Shown piece by piece: positions 1 to 8,880 of a DNA stretch of 59,248 bases. The position numbers were made by a program, and so were the translations under genes. Source of the stretch: Eubacteriales bacterium (lineage in GTDB: Bacteria > Bacillota > Clostridia > Oscillospirales > CAG-272); contig JAZSET010000084.1 of the NCBI GenBank assembly GCA_045531795.1, positions 1-59,248 on the forward strand. Direction: 5' to 3'. The stretch's first letter is position 1, and each line of letters begins with the position of its first letter. The notes under the pieces are model-generated. The model ran no database searches. It was not told where the DNA came from and was given only the letters and a program-made list of their open reading frames with translations.

Positions 1-241
1 AGTATAAATAAAAATAAGTAGTAATAGTAGGCAGTGTTGAAACTGTTGAAAAACTCAAAAACGGTTGATATATCAAAAAAATTTTTTCTTTAATAAACCT
101 GTTTTTTTGTTTTTTCTATGTTTAAATAAATGTTAAAAACTTTTTTTGAAAAATTACTTTTTAAAATACAATTTTTTATTCTTTTGAACAAACAGTTAAT
201 TAAAATGAAATTAACATATTTTATCAACACCTGTTGAAAAC
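1..241. other. oriC: Chromosomal replication origin (oriC, dnaA-downstream half) with basal unwinding module: AT cluster, DnaA-trios, short GC spacer and tandem DnaA-box-like 9-mers
   Basis: Directly downstream of dnaA and very AT-rich. AAG-TAG-TAA-TAG-TAG at 16-30, GCAG at 31-34, TGTTGAAAC at 35-43, TGTTGAAAA at 44-52. Further boxes TTATCAACA at 221-229 and TGTTGAAAA at 232-240. Confidence 0.85.
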
Positions 242-1597
242 TTATGATTGAACCTCATCAATAATTTCATTTATATCTATTTCAAAAAGCGAATTACATT
301 TACTTTCATTGTCTATTTTCTTGACAGAAGCAATAACTGTGGAGTAATCTCTGTTGAATATACTTCCTATTTTAGGATAAGAAAGATCAGTTGTCTTTTT
401 AAGAACAAACATTGCAATTTGTCTTGCATTTGATATATTGCTTGTTTTTGACTTGCTCTTTAAATCATCAACAGAAATTCCGTATTTTTTTGAAACCGTT
501 TCAAGAACCTTGTCAATAGTAACAGTAACAGAAACCTTATCTCTTGCAATGTCTGATATTGCCTGTTTTGCTACCTCAAGTGTTATTTCCTTGTCAGATA
601 AAATCTTGATGGCACATAGTTTTTTAACGGCACCCTCAAGCTGTCTAATATTGCTTGTAAGATTTTCGGCAAGGAGATTTATAATTTCGGGTGAAAGAGT
701 AATTCCCTTGCTTTTTGCTTTGTTTGAAATAATTGCAGCACGCAGTTCAAAGTCCGGAGGATTTATATCAGCAGCTATTCCCCAGTCGAATCTCGTTAAA
801 AGCCTGTCCTCAAGATGTTTGATATCCTTTGCAGGGCGGTCAGAAGTCAGTATAATCTGTACGCCTTTTTCATAAATTGCATTGAATGTATGGAAAATTT
901 CTTCCTGTGTTGTTTCGGTTTTTGCAATAAATTGAATATCGTCAATCATAAGCATATCGGCATTTCTGAATTTGTTTCTGAATTGTTCCGTTGTTTTTTT
1001 GGATATGCTTTCAATAAGCTGATTTGTAAAATCTTCGCTTGTTACATAAACTATGTTAATATTGGGATTTTTCTTTTTAATATGATTTGTTATAGCGTGA
1101 AGTAAATGTGTTTTACCAAGTCCGCTCGGACCGTGTATAAACAATGGGTTATAGTCATAACCGGTATTGTTGGCTACGGCAACGCAGGCAGCGTGGGCAA
1201 GTTTGTTTGAATTACCTACAATGAAGTTATCAAATGTGTATTCTTCATTTCCCGTAAAATAAGAAACCTCATCAATTGAAGTAAGCTTTACTTCTTCAAT
1301 TTCCTTTTCAGGTTCAGAATCTGATAATTCATTGTATTTTTCTATGTTTTCTCCCTGAGCAATAACAATTATATCTATATGAAATCCAAGAACGCTTTCA
1401 AATACTTCCTCAAGTTTTCCTTTAAAAGAATTATTGAGAATGTTTTTTCTGTACATATTGTTTGCGGTCAAAACAGCTCTTTTTTCCGTAAGTTCGGTAA
1501 GAATAAGCTCTTCAAACCAGAGTTTGAATGTACTTTCGTTTACATTTTTCTTAAGTTCTTCAAATATAAGGGACCAGATTTCCATTAAATTATCCAT
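242..1597 (-). CDS. dnaA: Chromosomal replication initiator DnaA
   Basis: YTFDNFIVG, NPLFIHGPSGLGKTHLL (Walker A), MIDDIQF (Walker B), RQLEGA, and a domain IV helix-turn-helix. Confidence 0.99.
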   Translation of the reverse strand: MDNLMEIWSLIFEELKKNVNESTFKLWFEELILTELTEKRAVLTANNMYRKNILNNSFKGKLEEVFESVLGFHIDIIVIAQGENIEKYNELSDSEPEKEIEEVKLTSIDEVSYFTGNEEYTFDNFIVGNSNKLAHAACVAVANNTGYDYNPLFIHGPSGLGKTHLLHAITNHIKKKNPNINIVYVTSEDFTNQLIESISKKTTEQFRNKFRNADMLMIDDIQFIAKTETTQEEIFHTFNAIYEKGVQIILTSDRPAKDIKHLEDRLLTRFDWGIAADINPPDFELRAAIISNKAKSKGITLSPEIINLLAENLTSNIRQLEGAVKKLCAIKILSDKEITLEVAKQAISDIARDKVSVTVTIDKVLETVSKKYGISVDDLKSKSKTSNISNARQIAMFVLKKTTDLSYPKIGSIFNRDYSTVIASVKKIDNESKCNSLFEIDINEIIDEVQS

Positions 1598-1768
1598 ATT
1601 TTTAAAATCCTCTTTTATTTAAGAAATTTTACCATTTTATGATATCACGCGCGCGTATAATCTAATATATATATTATATAAAATAATATATCCTCGCTTC
1701 ATTATATCACATAGTTGTTGAAAATTCAATAGGAAAATACATTTTTAACAAAATAATTTTAAAAACAC

Positions 1769-1798
1769 TTGACAAATGGCGGAAAATATGTATATAAT
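1769..1798 (+). promoter_or_regulatory. SigA-type promoter for rpmH
   Basis: TTGACA at 1769-1774, 18-bp spacer, TATAAT at 1793-1798. AAGGAGG RBS precedes the ATG at 1863. Confidence 0.7.
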
Positions 1799-1862
1799 AT
1801 TAGGTGTCGTTATGTGAAAATACGTAAAATGATAAAAGAAGCAAGATTAAGGAGGTGCCCAA

Positions 1863-1997
1863 ATGCTTAGAACATACCAGCCTAAGAAGCGTCAGAGACA
1901 GGTTGAACATGGCTTCAGAAAAAGAATGAAGACAGCTAACGGAAGAAAGGTCTTAAAGAGAAGACGTGCAAAGGGCAGAGCAAGACTCAGCTATTAA
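1863..1997 (+). CDS. rpmH: 50S ribosomal protein L34 (absent from the ORF track)
   Basis: Hand translation [44 protein letters not shown]; canonical position divergent from dnaA. Confidence 0.98.
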   Translation: MLRTYQPKKRQRQVEHGFRKRMKTANGRKVLKRRRAKGRARLSY

Positions 1998-2031
1998 TAA
2001 GCCGTTATGCGGGTTTATCAAAACAAGACAC

Positions 2032-2087
2032 AAAGAACCGCCGAATTTCGATAATGTCCTTCAGGCTTTTCGTTTCGGTGGTTTTTG
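2032..2087 (+). terminator. Probable intrinsic terminator after rpmH
   Basis: AACCGCCGAA...TTCGGTGGTT stem followed by a T-rich tail. Confidence 0.55.
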
Positions 2088-2167
2088 TTGTATATGTAAC
2101 AAGAGTATTATTGTTAACACAATGTTGTGTATTTATTAAAAATAAAAAGGTATAATTATTGCGTATT

Positions 2168-2563
2168 ATGAAATATAGGGCAATAAGCGAAAATCATCTT
2201 TATTTAAAGGCGTACAGTAAAGGAAAAAAGGTTGTTGGAAGAAACATAATTGTATATGTTTTAAAGGATTATTTATCGGAAAAATTGCGCCTTGAAAATC
2301 CACAGAAGAAAAAGATTAACAGAGTAGGACTTACAGTAACAAAAAAGAACGGAAAAGCTGTAGTCCGTAACAGAATTAAAAGAATAATAAGAGAAGCTTA
2401 CAGGCAGACTGACACAGAGTACAATATAAAAAAAGGATATCTTATAGTAATAGTCGCAAAAATTTCGGCAGCTGACAAAAAAACAGATGATATAAAAAAA
2501 GATTTGATATATGCAATGAAAAAGCTGTCAATGATTGATGTGTCAAGCGATAATTTAAAATGA
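2168..2563 (+). CDS. rnpA: Ribonuclease P protein component
   Basis: RVGLTVTKK and [16 protein letters not shown] (RNR motif); follows rpmH. ATG at 2168 preferred over the upstream TTG. Confidence 0.96.
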   Translation: MKYRAISENHLYLKAYSKGKKVVGRNIIVYVLKDYLSEKLRLENPQKKKINRVGLTVTKKNGKAVVRNRIKRIIREAYRQTDTEYNIKKGYLIVIVAKISAADKKTDDIKKDLIYAMKKLSMIDVSSDNLK

Positions 2564-2787
2564 AAAATATTTGTATTTTTATAATTAAGATATATAGAAA
2601 ATATATTTCTCCGCTAAAAAAACCGTGCTGCCGATTTACGCCCACTTGCTCAAGTTATGCATTAGAGGCGTTTGAAAAGCGCGGCTTTTTTGTTGGTTTA
2701 CTGCTTACAATCTGGCGTGTACTCAGATGTAATCCTTTTTGTAAGGGCGGATACGACCCTGTACCTGACAGAAAGGTAAAAAAATAA
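2560..2787 (+). CDS. yidD: Membrane protein insertion efficiency factor
   Basis: [33 protein letters not shown]. Confidence 0.96.
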   Translation: MKNICIFIIKIYRKYISPLKKPCCRFTPTCSSYALEAFEKRGFFVGLLLTIWRVLRCNPFCKGGYDPVPDRKVKK

Positions 2788-2818
2788 TATTTGCTTTAAA
2801 AGCAGAGAGGAAATTATT

Positions 2819-3973
2819 ATGTTTGATTGGTTTTATCAGGGACTTGGTTACATTATAAGATTTTGCTATAATTTAACAAATAACTATGCTCTGGCATTAT
2901 TGCTTTTTGCATTGTTTGTTAAGGTTGTTCTTTTCCCGTTTGGAATTAAACAGCAAAAGAATATGGTAAAGCAGGCAAAACTCAGACCGCGCGAAATGGC
3001 GATCAGAAAAAAGTATGCCGGCAGAAATGACCAGAAGACCCAGCAGAAGCAACAGGAAGAGATAATGGCTCTTTATCAGGAGGAAAACTTTAATCCTATG
3101 GGCGGATGTCTGCCTCTTCTTATACAGTTTCCTATCCTTATAGCTCTTTATCAGGTAATAACAAAGCCACTCACATATATTTGTCAGTTCTCTGAAGCTA
3201 CAATAGCTGCAATAAATGAAAGAATTGCAACATTTACAGATGTTGCAGCGAAAAGTGCATATTCTGCAGAAATTACAGCAATTACAAATATTGAAAAATT
3301 CGGTATAGAAAAATTTACTGACATAAACGGCTTTTCTGCAGAAGTAATACCCAACTTTGAAGTTTTTGACGGTGCTCTTAATCTTGCTTATATACCCAGT
3401 TTCAAGGAATTTTCGTGGTTACTTCTTATCCCGTTATTTACTCTTGTATTTACCGTACTTTCAACAAAAATCAATAAAAAATTATCCTATCAGGCTCCCT
3501 CATCCCAGGACGTTGCCAACAGCAGTTCAATGAAGATAATGGAGTATTCAATGCCCCTTATCAGTACCTACATCTGTTTTACTGTTCCCGCAACAATCGG
3601 TCTTTACTGGATTTACCAGAATGTTCTTACCGTTTTGCAGCAGCTTGTGCTTTATAAGATGTATCCGTATCCGAAGTTTACAGAGGAAGACTATAAGGCA
3701 GCAGAAAAGGCAGTAGGCAGCAACAAAAAAGAAAAGAAAACTGCTTCAACGGGACCCAAGGAGGGTGTTCGCTCACTTCATCATATAGATGACGATGAAT
3801 TTGAAGAAATCTACGGAAAAAAGAATCCGAAAAAGGAAGAAATTAAAAAAGCAGCACCTTTGAATAATGAAAAAAAGACAGAGGAAGCAGAAGAATTAAA
3901 AGAAAAAGACAGTGAAAAGGACATCCCTGCAATAAAGGATGACAAAAATACAACTTATAAGAAAAAAGACTGA
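2819..3973 (+). CDS. yidC: YidC/Oxa1 membrane insertase with a long charged C-terminal tail
   Basis: GGCLPLLIQFPILIALY, IGLYWIYQN, multiple TM segments, and synteny. Confidence 0.95.
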   Translation: MFDWFYQGLGYIIRFCYNLTNNYALALLLFALFVKVVLFPFGIKQQKNMVKQAKLRPREMAIRKKYAGRNDQKTQQKQQEEIMALYQEENFNPMGGCLPLLIQFPILIALYQVITKPLTYICQFSEATIAAINERIATFTDVAAKSAYSAEITAITNIEKFGIEKFTDINGFSAEVIPNFEVFDGALNLAYIPSFKEFSWLLLIPLFTLVFTVLSTKINKKLSYQAPSSQDVANSSSMKIMEYSMPLISTYICFTVPATIGLYWIYQNVLTVLQQLVLYKMYPYPKFTEEDYKAAEKAVGSNKKEKKTASTGPKEGVRSLHHIDDDEFEEIYGKKNPKKEEIKKAAPLNNEKKTEEAEELKEKDSEKDIPAIKDDKNTTYKKKD

Positions 3974-3994
3974 CAACAGAAAGAGGTGTAAAAA

Positions 3995-4930
3995 GTGAAA
4001 AACGAACAGATTTTTACCGGAAAAAGCGTTGAAGAAGCTCTTGAAAATGCTTTGAATGATCTTGGTATAAGCGAAGAAAACTGTACCTATGAGGTTCTTG
4101 AACACGAAAAAAAGGGAATACTCGGAATAGGATCTTCCCCTGCAAAAATAAAAATCATTTTCACAAAGAAGAAACACGGCGAGGAGCTTGCAGTAAATTA
4201 TGCAAAGACAATCCTTTCTGATATGGAAATTGACGCAGAAGTAAAACTTGAAAAAACAAATTCAAACAGATATAATCTCTCCATAAATGGAGAGGGTACA
4301 GGTATTCTTATCGGACATCACGGAGATACTCTTGATGCTCTCCAGTATATTGTTAATCTTGCTGTTAACAAAAAGGAAGAAGACGGAGAAAAGGGAGAGT
4401 ATATGAATATCACGGTAGATGTCGAAAATTACCGTGCAAAAAGAGAAGAAGCTCTCAAAAACCTTGCCGAAAGAATGGCGGCAAAGGTTCTTAAATATAA
4501 GAGAAGCGTAATTCTTGAGCCAATGCTTCCGTATGAAAGAAGAATAATTCATTCAAAAATACAGGAAATTGAGGGCGTTTCAACTAATTCTATCGGAATG
4601 GACAATAACCGTAAGGTTGTAATTTTCCTTGAGGAAACAGGTTTCCAGAAATCAATGGAAAGAGACGCAGAAAGACGAGGCGGCAGAGGCGGCAGCAGAG
4701 GAGATAGTCGCGGTAAAGGCTATTCTTCAAAGAAGTCGTCATCTGTAAATCTTCCCAAGATTGAAAAGAAACAGCCTGTAAAGGTTGAAGTTGACGATTA
4801 TGATGAAAGCGATTATTCATCAACAGCATACTTAAGAGAGCCTACAAAGCGTTTTTCAAGCTTTGCTGAATATGAAAGTCATATGGCAAGCCTTGCAGCA
4901 GAACAAAAGGATGAAAACAAAGGCGAATGA
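3995..4930 (+). CDS. jag: Jag/EloR/KhpB RNA-binding protein (Jag_N-KH-R3H) with a C-terminal extension
   Basis: FTGKSVEEAL (Jag_N), LIGHHGDTLDALQYI (KH), ERRIIH (R3H). GTG start with AGAGG RBS. Confidence 0.95.
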   Translation: MKNEQIFTGKSVEEALENALNDLGISEENCTYEVLEHEKKGILGIGSSPAKIKIIFTKKKHGEELAVNYAKTILSDMEIDAEVKLEKTNSNRYNLSINGEGTGILIGHHGDTLDALQYIVNLAVNKKEEDGEKGEYMNITVDVENYRAKREEALKNLAERMAAKVLKYKRSVILEPMLPYERRIIHSKIQEIEGVSTNSIGMDNNRKVVIFLEETGFQKSMERDAERRGGRGGSRGDSRGKGYSSKKSSSVNLPKIEKKQPVKVEVDDYDESDYSSTAYLREPTKRFSSFAEYESHMASLAAEQKDENKGE

Positions 4931-4955
4931 TAAAAGAACAGTCGCTAAAATAGTT

Positions 4956-4990
4956 AAAAAATGGGACTGCTTTTAAACAGTCCCATTTTT
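4956..4990 (+). terminator. Intrinsic terminator
   Basis: AAAAATGGGACTG-CTTTTAAA-CAGTCCCATTTTT hairpin. Confidence 0.8.
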
Positions 4991-5004
4991 ATAAGGAGAA
5001 AAAT

Positions 5005-6390
5005 ATGCTTGGCAAAACTATAGCAGCAATTTCTACCCCCTACGGACGGGGAGGAGTTGCACTTATTCGCATTTCCGGCGAAGAGGCATTTAGTATATGC
5101 GATAAAGTTTTTATGCCCAGAAACGGAGAAAAACTGTCATCCCAGCCCGCCCGAATGGCTATATACGGCGATATTTTATCCCACGGGGATATAATCGACG
5201 ATGGTATAGCAACAATATTCAAAGCGCCTTTTTCATATACGGGAGAGAATACTGTTGAAATAAGCTGTCACGGCGGCATTCATTTGTCACAAAGTGTTCT
5301 TGAGGCAATTATTTTATCAGGAGCAGAATACGCAGATGCCGGAGAATTTACCCAAAGAGCCTTTTTGAACGGCAAATTAAGTCTCACAGAAGCAGAATCT
5401 GTCATAAATCTGATAGATGCCGTAACAGATGAACAAATCAGGCTTGCCACTTCTCACAGAGGCGGTGTTCTGTCAAAAACTTCTGACAGAATATATAATG
5501 AGATGCTGAAGCTTGTATCAAGCACATACGCATATATAGACTATCCCGATGAGGATTTGACGGATATATCTGTGGATGAATTAAAAACCGGTCTTCAAAG
5601 TATTCTTTCAGAGCTGAATGAACTCGAAAGCAGCTATAAAACGGGCCATGCTGTCAGCGAGGGAATAAAAACGGCGATTGTAGGAAAGCCGAATGCAGGA
5701 AAAAGCTCACTTCTGAATGCGATGCTCGGAGAAAAAAGATCTATTGTAACCGAAATTGCAGGAACAACAAGAGATGTTATAGAAGAAAGTGTCAGACTCA
5801 GGCACATAGTATTGCGTCTTTCGGATACTGCGGGAATAAGAAATACCGATGATGAAGTCGAAAAAATCGGAGTTGGGCTTGCTTATGAAAAAATGCTGGA
5901 ATCAGAGCTTATTATTGCGGTATTTGACGGTTCTGCAGAGTTAACTTCTGATGACTATGATTTAGTTGACTATATAAATAAAAACTGCACGGACAAAAAG
6001 GTAATAGCCGTAGTAAACAAGAGTGATTTATATCAAAATGCAGACACAAAAACGTATATTGAAAAAAACTTCAATGATGTAGCAGTGATAAGCACAAGGG
6101 AAAGCGCGGCGAGAGATGCCCTTTTTGAGCTGATAGAGAGCTTTTTTATAAACGGCGAGATAGATTATAACAATAAGGCAGTGATTGCAAATCTGCGCCA
6201 ATTTACCGCCGTAAAAAAAGCGAGAGAATATATAGAGAACGCAATTAACTCCCTGAACGGAGGATTTACGCAGGATGTTGCGGGAATGGACATAGAAAAT
6301 GCAATGGGCTTCATAGGAGAGCTTGATTCGAGAAGCGTGGGAGAGGATGTAGTAAAAGATATTTTCGGCCGTTTTTGTGTGGGAAAATAA
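5005..6390 (+). CDS. mnmE: tRNA modification GTPase MnmE (TrmE)
   Basis: TIAAISTP, SYTGENTVEISCHGG, GKPNAGKSSL, GTTRD, DTAGIR, and C-terminal FCVGK. Confidence 0.98.
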   Translation: MLGKTIAAISTPYGRGGVALIRISGEEAFSICDKVFMPRNGEKLSSQPARMAIYGDILSHGDIIDDGIATIFKAPFSYTGENTVEISCHGGIHLSQSVLEAIILSGAEYADAGEFTQRAFLNGKLSLTEAESVINLIDAVTDEQIRLATSHRGGVLSKTSDRIYNEMLKLVSSTYAYIDYPDEDLTDISVDELKTGLQSILSELNELESSYKTGHAVSEGIKTAIVGKPNAGKSSLLNAMLGEKRSIVTEIAGTTRDVIEESVRLRHIVLRLSDTAGIRNTDDEVEKIGVGLAYEKMLESELIIAVFDGSAELTSDDYDLVDYINKNCTDKKVIAVVNKSDLYQNADTKTYIEKNFNDVAVISTRESAARDALFELIESFFINGEIDYNNKAVIANLRQFTAVKKAREYIENAINSLNGGFTQDVAGMDIENAMGFIGELDSRSVGEDVVKDIFGRFCVGK

Positions 6391-6415
6391 AAAACCGGTC
6401 TGTCTGACCGGTTTT
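6391..6415. terminator. Bidirectional terminator between mnmE and spoVG
   Basis: AAAACCGGTC-TGTCT-GACCGGTTTT between convergent stop codons. Confidence 0.8.
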
Positions 6416-6427
6416 AATCAAAAGTCA

Positions 6428-6727
6428 TTATTCCTCGCTTGAAGTATCCTCAAGGGCTTGTACTTCAGCAAGAGCAAGTTCACGATTGTAAGCGTCAATT
6501 ACCGCTTCTTCAAGTTCAAGTCTGAAGTTTGAATTGATGGGATGAACGATGTCTCTGTAGGTATTATCAGGGTTTTTTCGGCTGGGCATCACAATGAAAT
6601 ACTTGTCCTTTGCGTTAATAACCTTGATATCATGTACTGCCAACTGGTCGTCAAAGGTGACAGAAACAACAGCTTTCATAGGGCCGTCGTCAAATAATTT
6701 TCTTACTTTAATGTCGGTAATTTTCAT
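6428..6727 (-). CDS. spoVG: SpoVG family nucleic-acid-binding protein
   Basis: MKITDIKVR, VHDIKVI, MPSRK, YRDIVHPIN. Confidence 0.96.
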   Translation of the reverse strand: MKITDIKVRKLFDDGPMKAVVSVTFDDQLAVHDIKVINAKDKYFIVMPSRKNPDNTYRDIVHPINSNFRLELEEAVIDAYNRELALAEVQALEDTSSEE

Positions 6728-6894
6728 AATAGCCTCCGTTAAAATGTTTTTACTACAAGATATATTTTACAGTGCATTTGTGAAGTTTATGCAAATAAAA
6801 ATTCATTTTTTTAAAAATTTGTTTTGAACTTTACTTGAATTCCATATAATTTTACTGAAAAATTTATTAAAGCGACAACAGAATAAATATAGTA

Positions 6895-6924
6895 TTGCAC
6901 AAGTTTTGCAATATATGATATAAT
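6895..6924 (+). promoter_or_regulatory. SigA-type extended -10 promoter for murC
   Basis: TTGCAC, 18-bp spacer, TATAAT preceded by TGn. Confidence 0.6.
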
Positions 6925-6954
6925 GTGTACAAGTAATTGAAAGGTTTTGGGCTT

Positions 6955-8373
6955 ATGTATAAAACATATCACAGTGTACAGGATATTGATAAAATCTTAG
7001 AAAAATCAAAAAATATATTTTTCATAGGAATCGGTGGAGTAAGTATGTCTTCTCTTGCCCATATTTCTGCCGAAAAGGGATTGAACGTAAAGGGAAGCGA
7101 CAGAACGATGTCGCCGATAACGCAAAAACTCGAAGAGCAAAATATTGAAATTTTTTATGAGCATAAAGCCGAAAATGTGAAAGGCTGTGATGCGGTAGTA
7201 TATACAGCAGCAATAAGCGAGGATAACCCTGAGCTTGTATATGCAAAAGAACACGGAATCGAGCTTATATACCGCGCAGATTATCTTGGATATATTATGA
7301 GTAAATACGAGTACAGGGTCGGCGTTTCGGGAATGCACGGAAAAAGTACGGCTACATCAATGACTTCTCACATTTTCCTTAATGCCAAAGTAAATCCAAC
7401 GGTTATTTTAGGCGCAGTAATGAAAGAACTAGAGGGCGGAACATACAGGCGCGGCAGCGAAAAATATTTTATTATGGAAGCCTGCGAATACTGTGATTCA
7501 TTCCTGTCCTTTACACCCAATATAGCAGTTGTACTGAATATAGAAATGGATCACCCCGATTATTTTAAGGATCTTGAGCACATTAAAGATTCTTTCCGCA
7601 AATATATTTCTATTGCTGACAATGGATTTGCTGTAGTTAACTGGGATGATTGCAACGTAAGAGATATAAGTGCAAACTATAAAGGAAAGCTTATAAAATT
7701 CGGAATAAATTCTGAAGATCTTGATTATAAGGCAGTCAATATAAGTTATGAAAAAGGGAAGCCGTGCTTTGACATTATAAAGGGTGAAAAAACTCTCGCA
7801 AGAATAAATCTTTCTGTTACGGGAGAACACAATATAATGAATGCTCTTGCATCAACGGCAGTTGCGGATATTTGCAATATTGAGGCCGAAGATATCAAGA
7901 GAGGGCTTGAAAGTTACAGCGGTGCTGACCGCAGAATGGAGTATAAGGGCAAAATATGCGGTGGCAAGGCAGATCTTTATGAGGACTATGCACATCACCC
8001 CACCGAGATAAAAGCGACGCTGAAAGGCGCGAAAATGCTTGCTAAAAACGATGTCTGGTGTGTTTTTCAGCCCCATACTTATACGCGAACTGCAGAATTG
8101 TTTGAAGATTTTGCAAAATCCTTTTCAGGAGTAAAGCCAGTATTTGCAGATATTTATGCGGCAAGAGAAATAAATACCACAGGTATAAGCTCTAAGCATT
8201 TGGCAGACAGAATTGATGGAGCTCTTTATTTGGACAGCTTTGAAAAAATTGCAGATTATTTAAAGGAAAATGTAGCACATGGCGACATGGTAATAATAAT
8301 GGGTGCGGGAGATGTAAACCAGATATGTACCCTTCTTGGAGAAAGCGAAAATGATAAAAAAGTTAATGCCTGA
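6955..8373 (+). CDS. murC: UDP-N-acetylmuramate--L-alanine ligase
   Basis: FIGIGGVSMSSLA, GMHGKSTAT, EACEY, DYAHHPTEI, VFQPHTYTRT. ATG at 6955 follows GAAAGG. Confidence 0.97.
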   Translation: MYKTYHSVQDIDKILEKSKNIFFIGIGGVSMSSLAHISAEKGLNVKGSDRTMSPITQKLEEQNIEIFYEHKAENVKGCDAVVYTAAISEDNPELVYAKEHGIELIYRADYLGYIMSKYEYRVGVSGMHGKSTATSMTSHIFLNAKVNPTVILGAVMKELEGGTYRRGSEKYFIMEACEYCDSFLSFTPNIAVVLNIEMDHPDYFKDLEHIKDSFRKYISIADNGFAVVNWDDCNVRDISANYKGKLIKFGINSEDLDYKAVNISYEKGKPCFDIIKGEKTLARINLSVTGEHNIMNALASTAVADICNIEAEDIKRGLESYSGADRRMEYKGKICGGKADLYEDYAHHPTEIKATLKGAKMLAKNDVWCVFQPHTYTRTAELFEDFAKSFSGVKPVFADIYAAREINTTGISSKHLADRIDGALYLDSFEKIADYLKENVAHGDMVIIMGAGDVNQICTLLGESENDKKVNA

Positions 8374-8854
8374 CAGAATTTTTGAAAGCTTCAGAGAAGT
8401 AACACCTGAGCTTTTAAAATCAATGAATATCAAGGCTCTTTTGCTTGATATAGACAATACTCTTGTTACTTATGATGAGAGAGTGCCCACAGAAGAGGTA
8501 AACGAATGGTTTGACACAATGACTTCAAATGGAATAAAACTTGCGTTTGTATCAAATAACAGTGATCCCGAAAGAGTTGAAAAATTTAATGAGGGACACG
8601 GATTTTTCGCAGTAAGCAGAGCGGGCAAACCGTTTGCCGGAGGATTCAGAAAAGCTCTTAAAAGTATGGGAGTTGATGCAGCCTGCGCAGCATCAATAGG
8701 AGACCAGATATTTACAGATGTATGGGCAGCAAGGAATGTTGGAGCATATGCTTTTCTTGTGCCGCCGATAAAGGATAAAACAACCTTGTTTTTTAAAGTC
8801 AAAAGACTCCTTGAAAAGCCACTTATTAAAAAATATCATAAAGAAAATACATAA
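8351..8854 (+). CDS. yqeG: YqeG-family HAD IIIA phosphatase
   Basis: LLLDIDNTL, FVSNN, AGKP, IGDQIFTDVWAA. Confidence 0.88.
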   Translation: MIKKLMPDRIFESFREVTPELLKSMNIKALLLDIDNTLVTYDERVPTEEVNEWFDTMTSNGIKLAFVSNNSDPERVEKFNEGHGFFAVSRAGKPFAGGFRKALKSMGVDAACAASIGDQIFTDVWAARNVGAYAFLVPPIKDKTTLFFKVKRLLEKPLIKKYHKENT

Positions 8855-8880
8855 AAAAAGAATTTGGGCGGAGGTATAAA

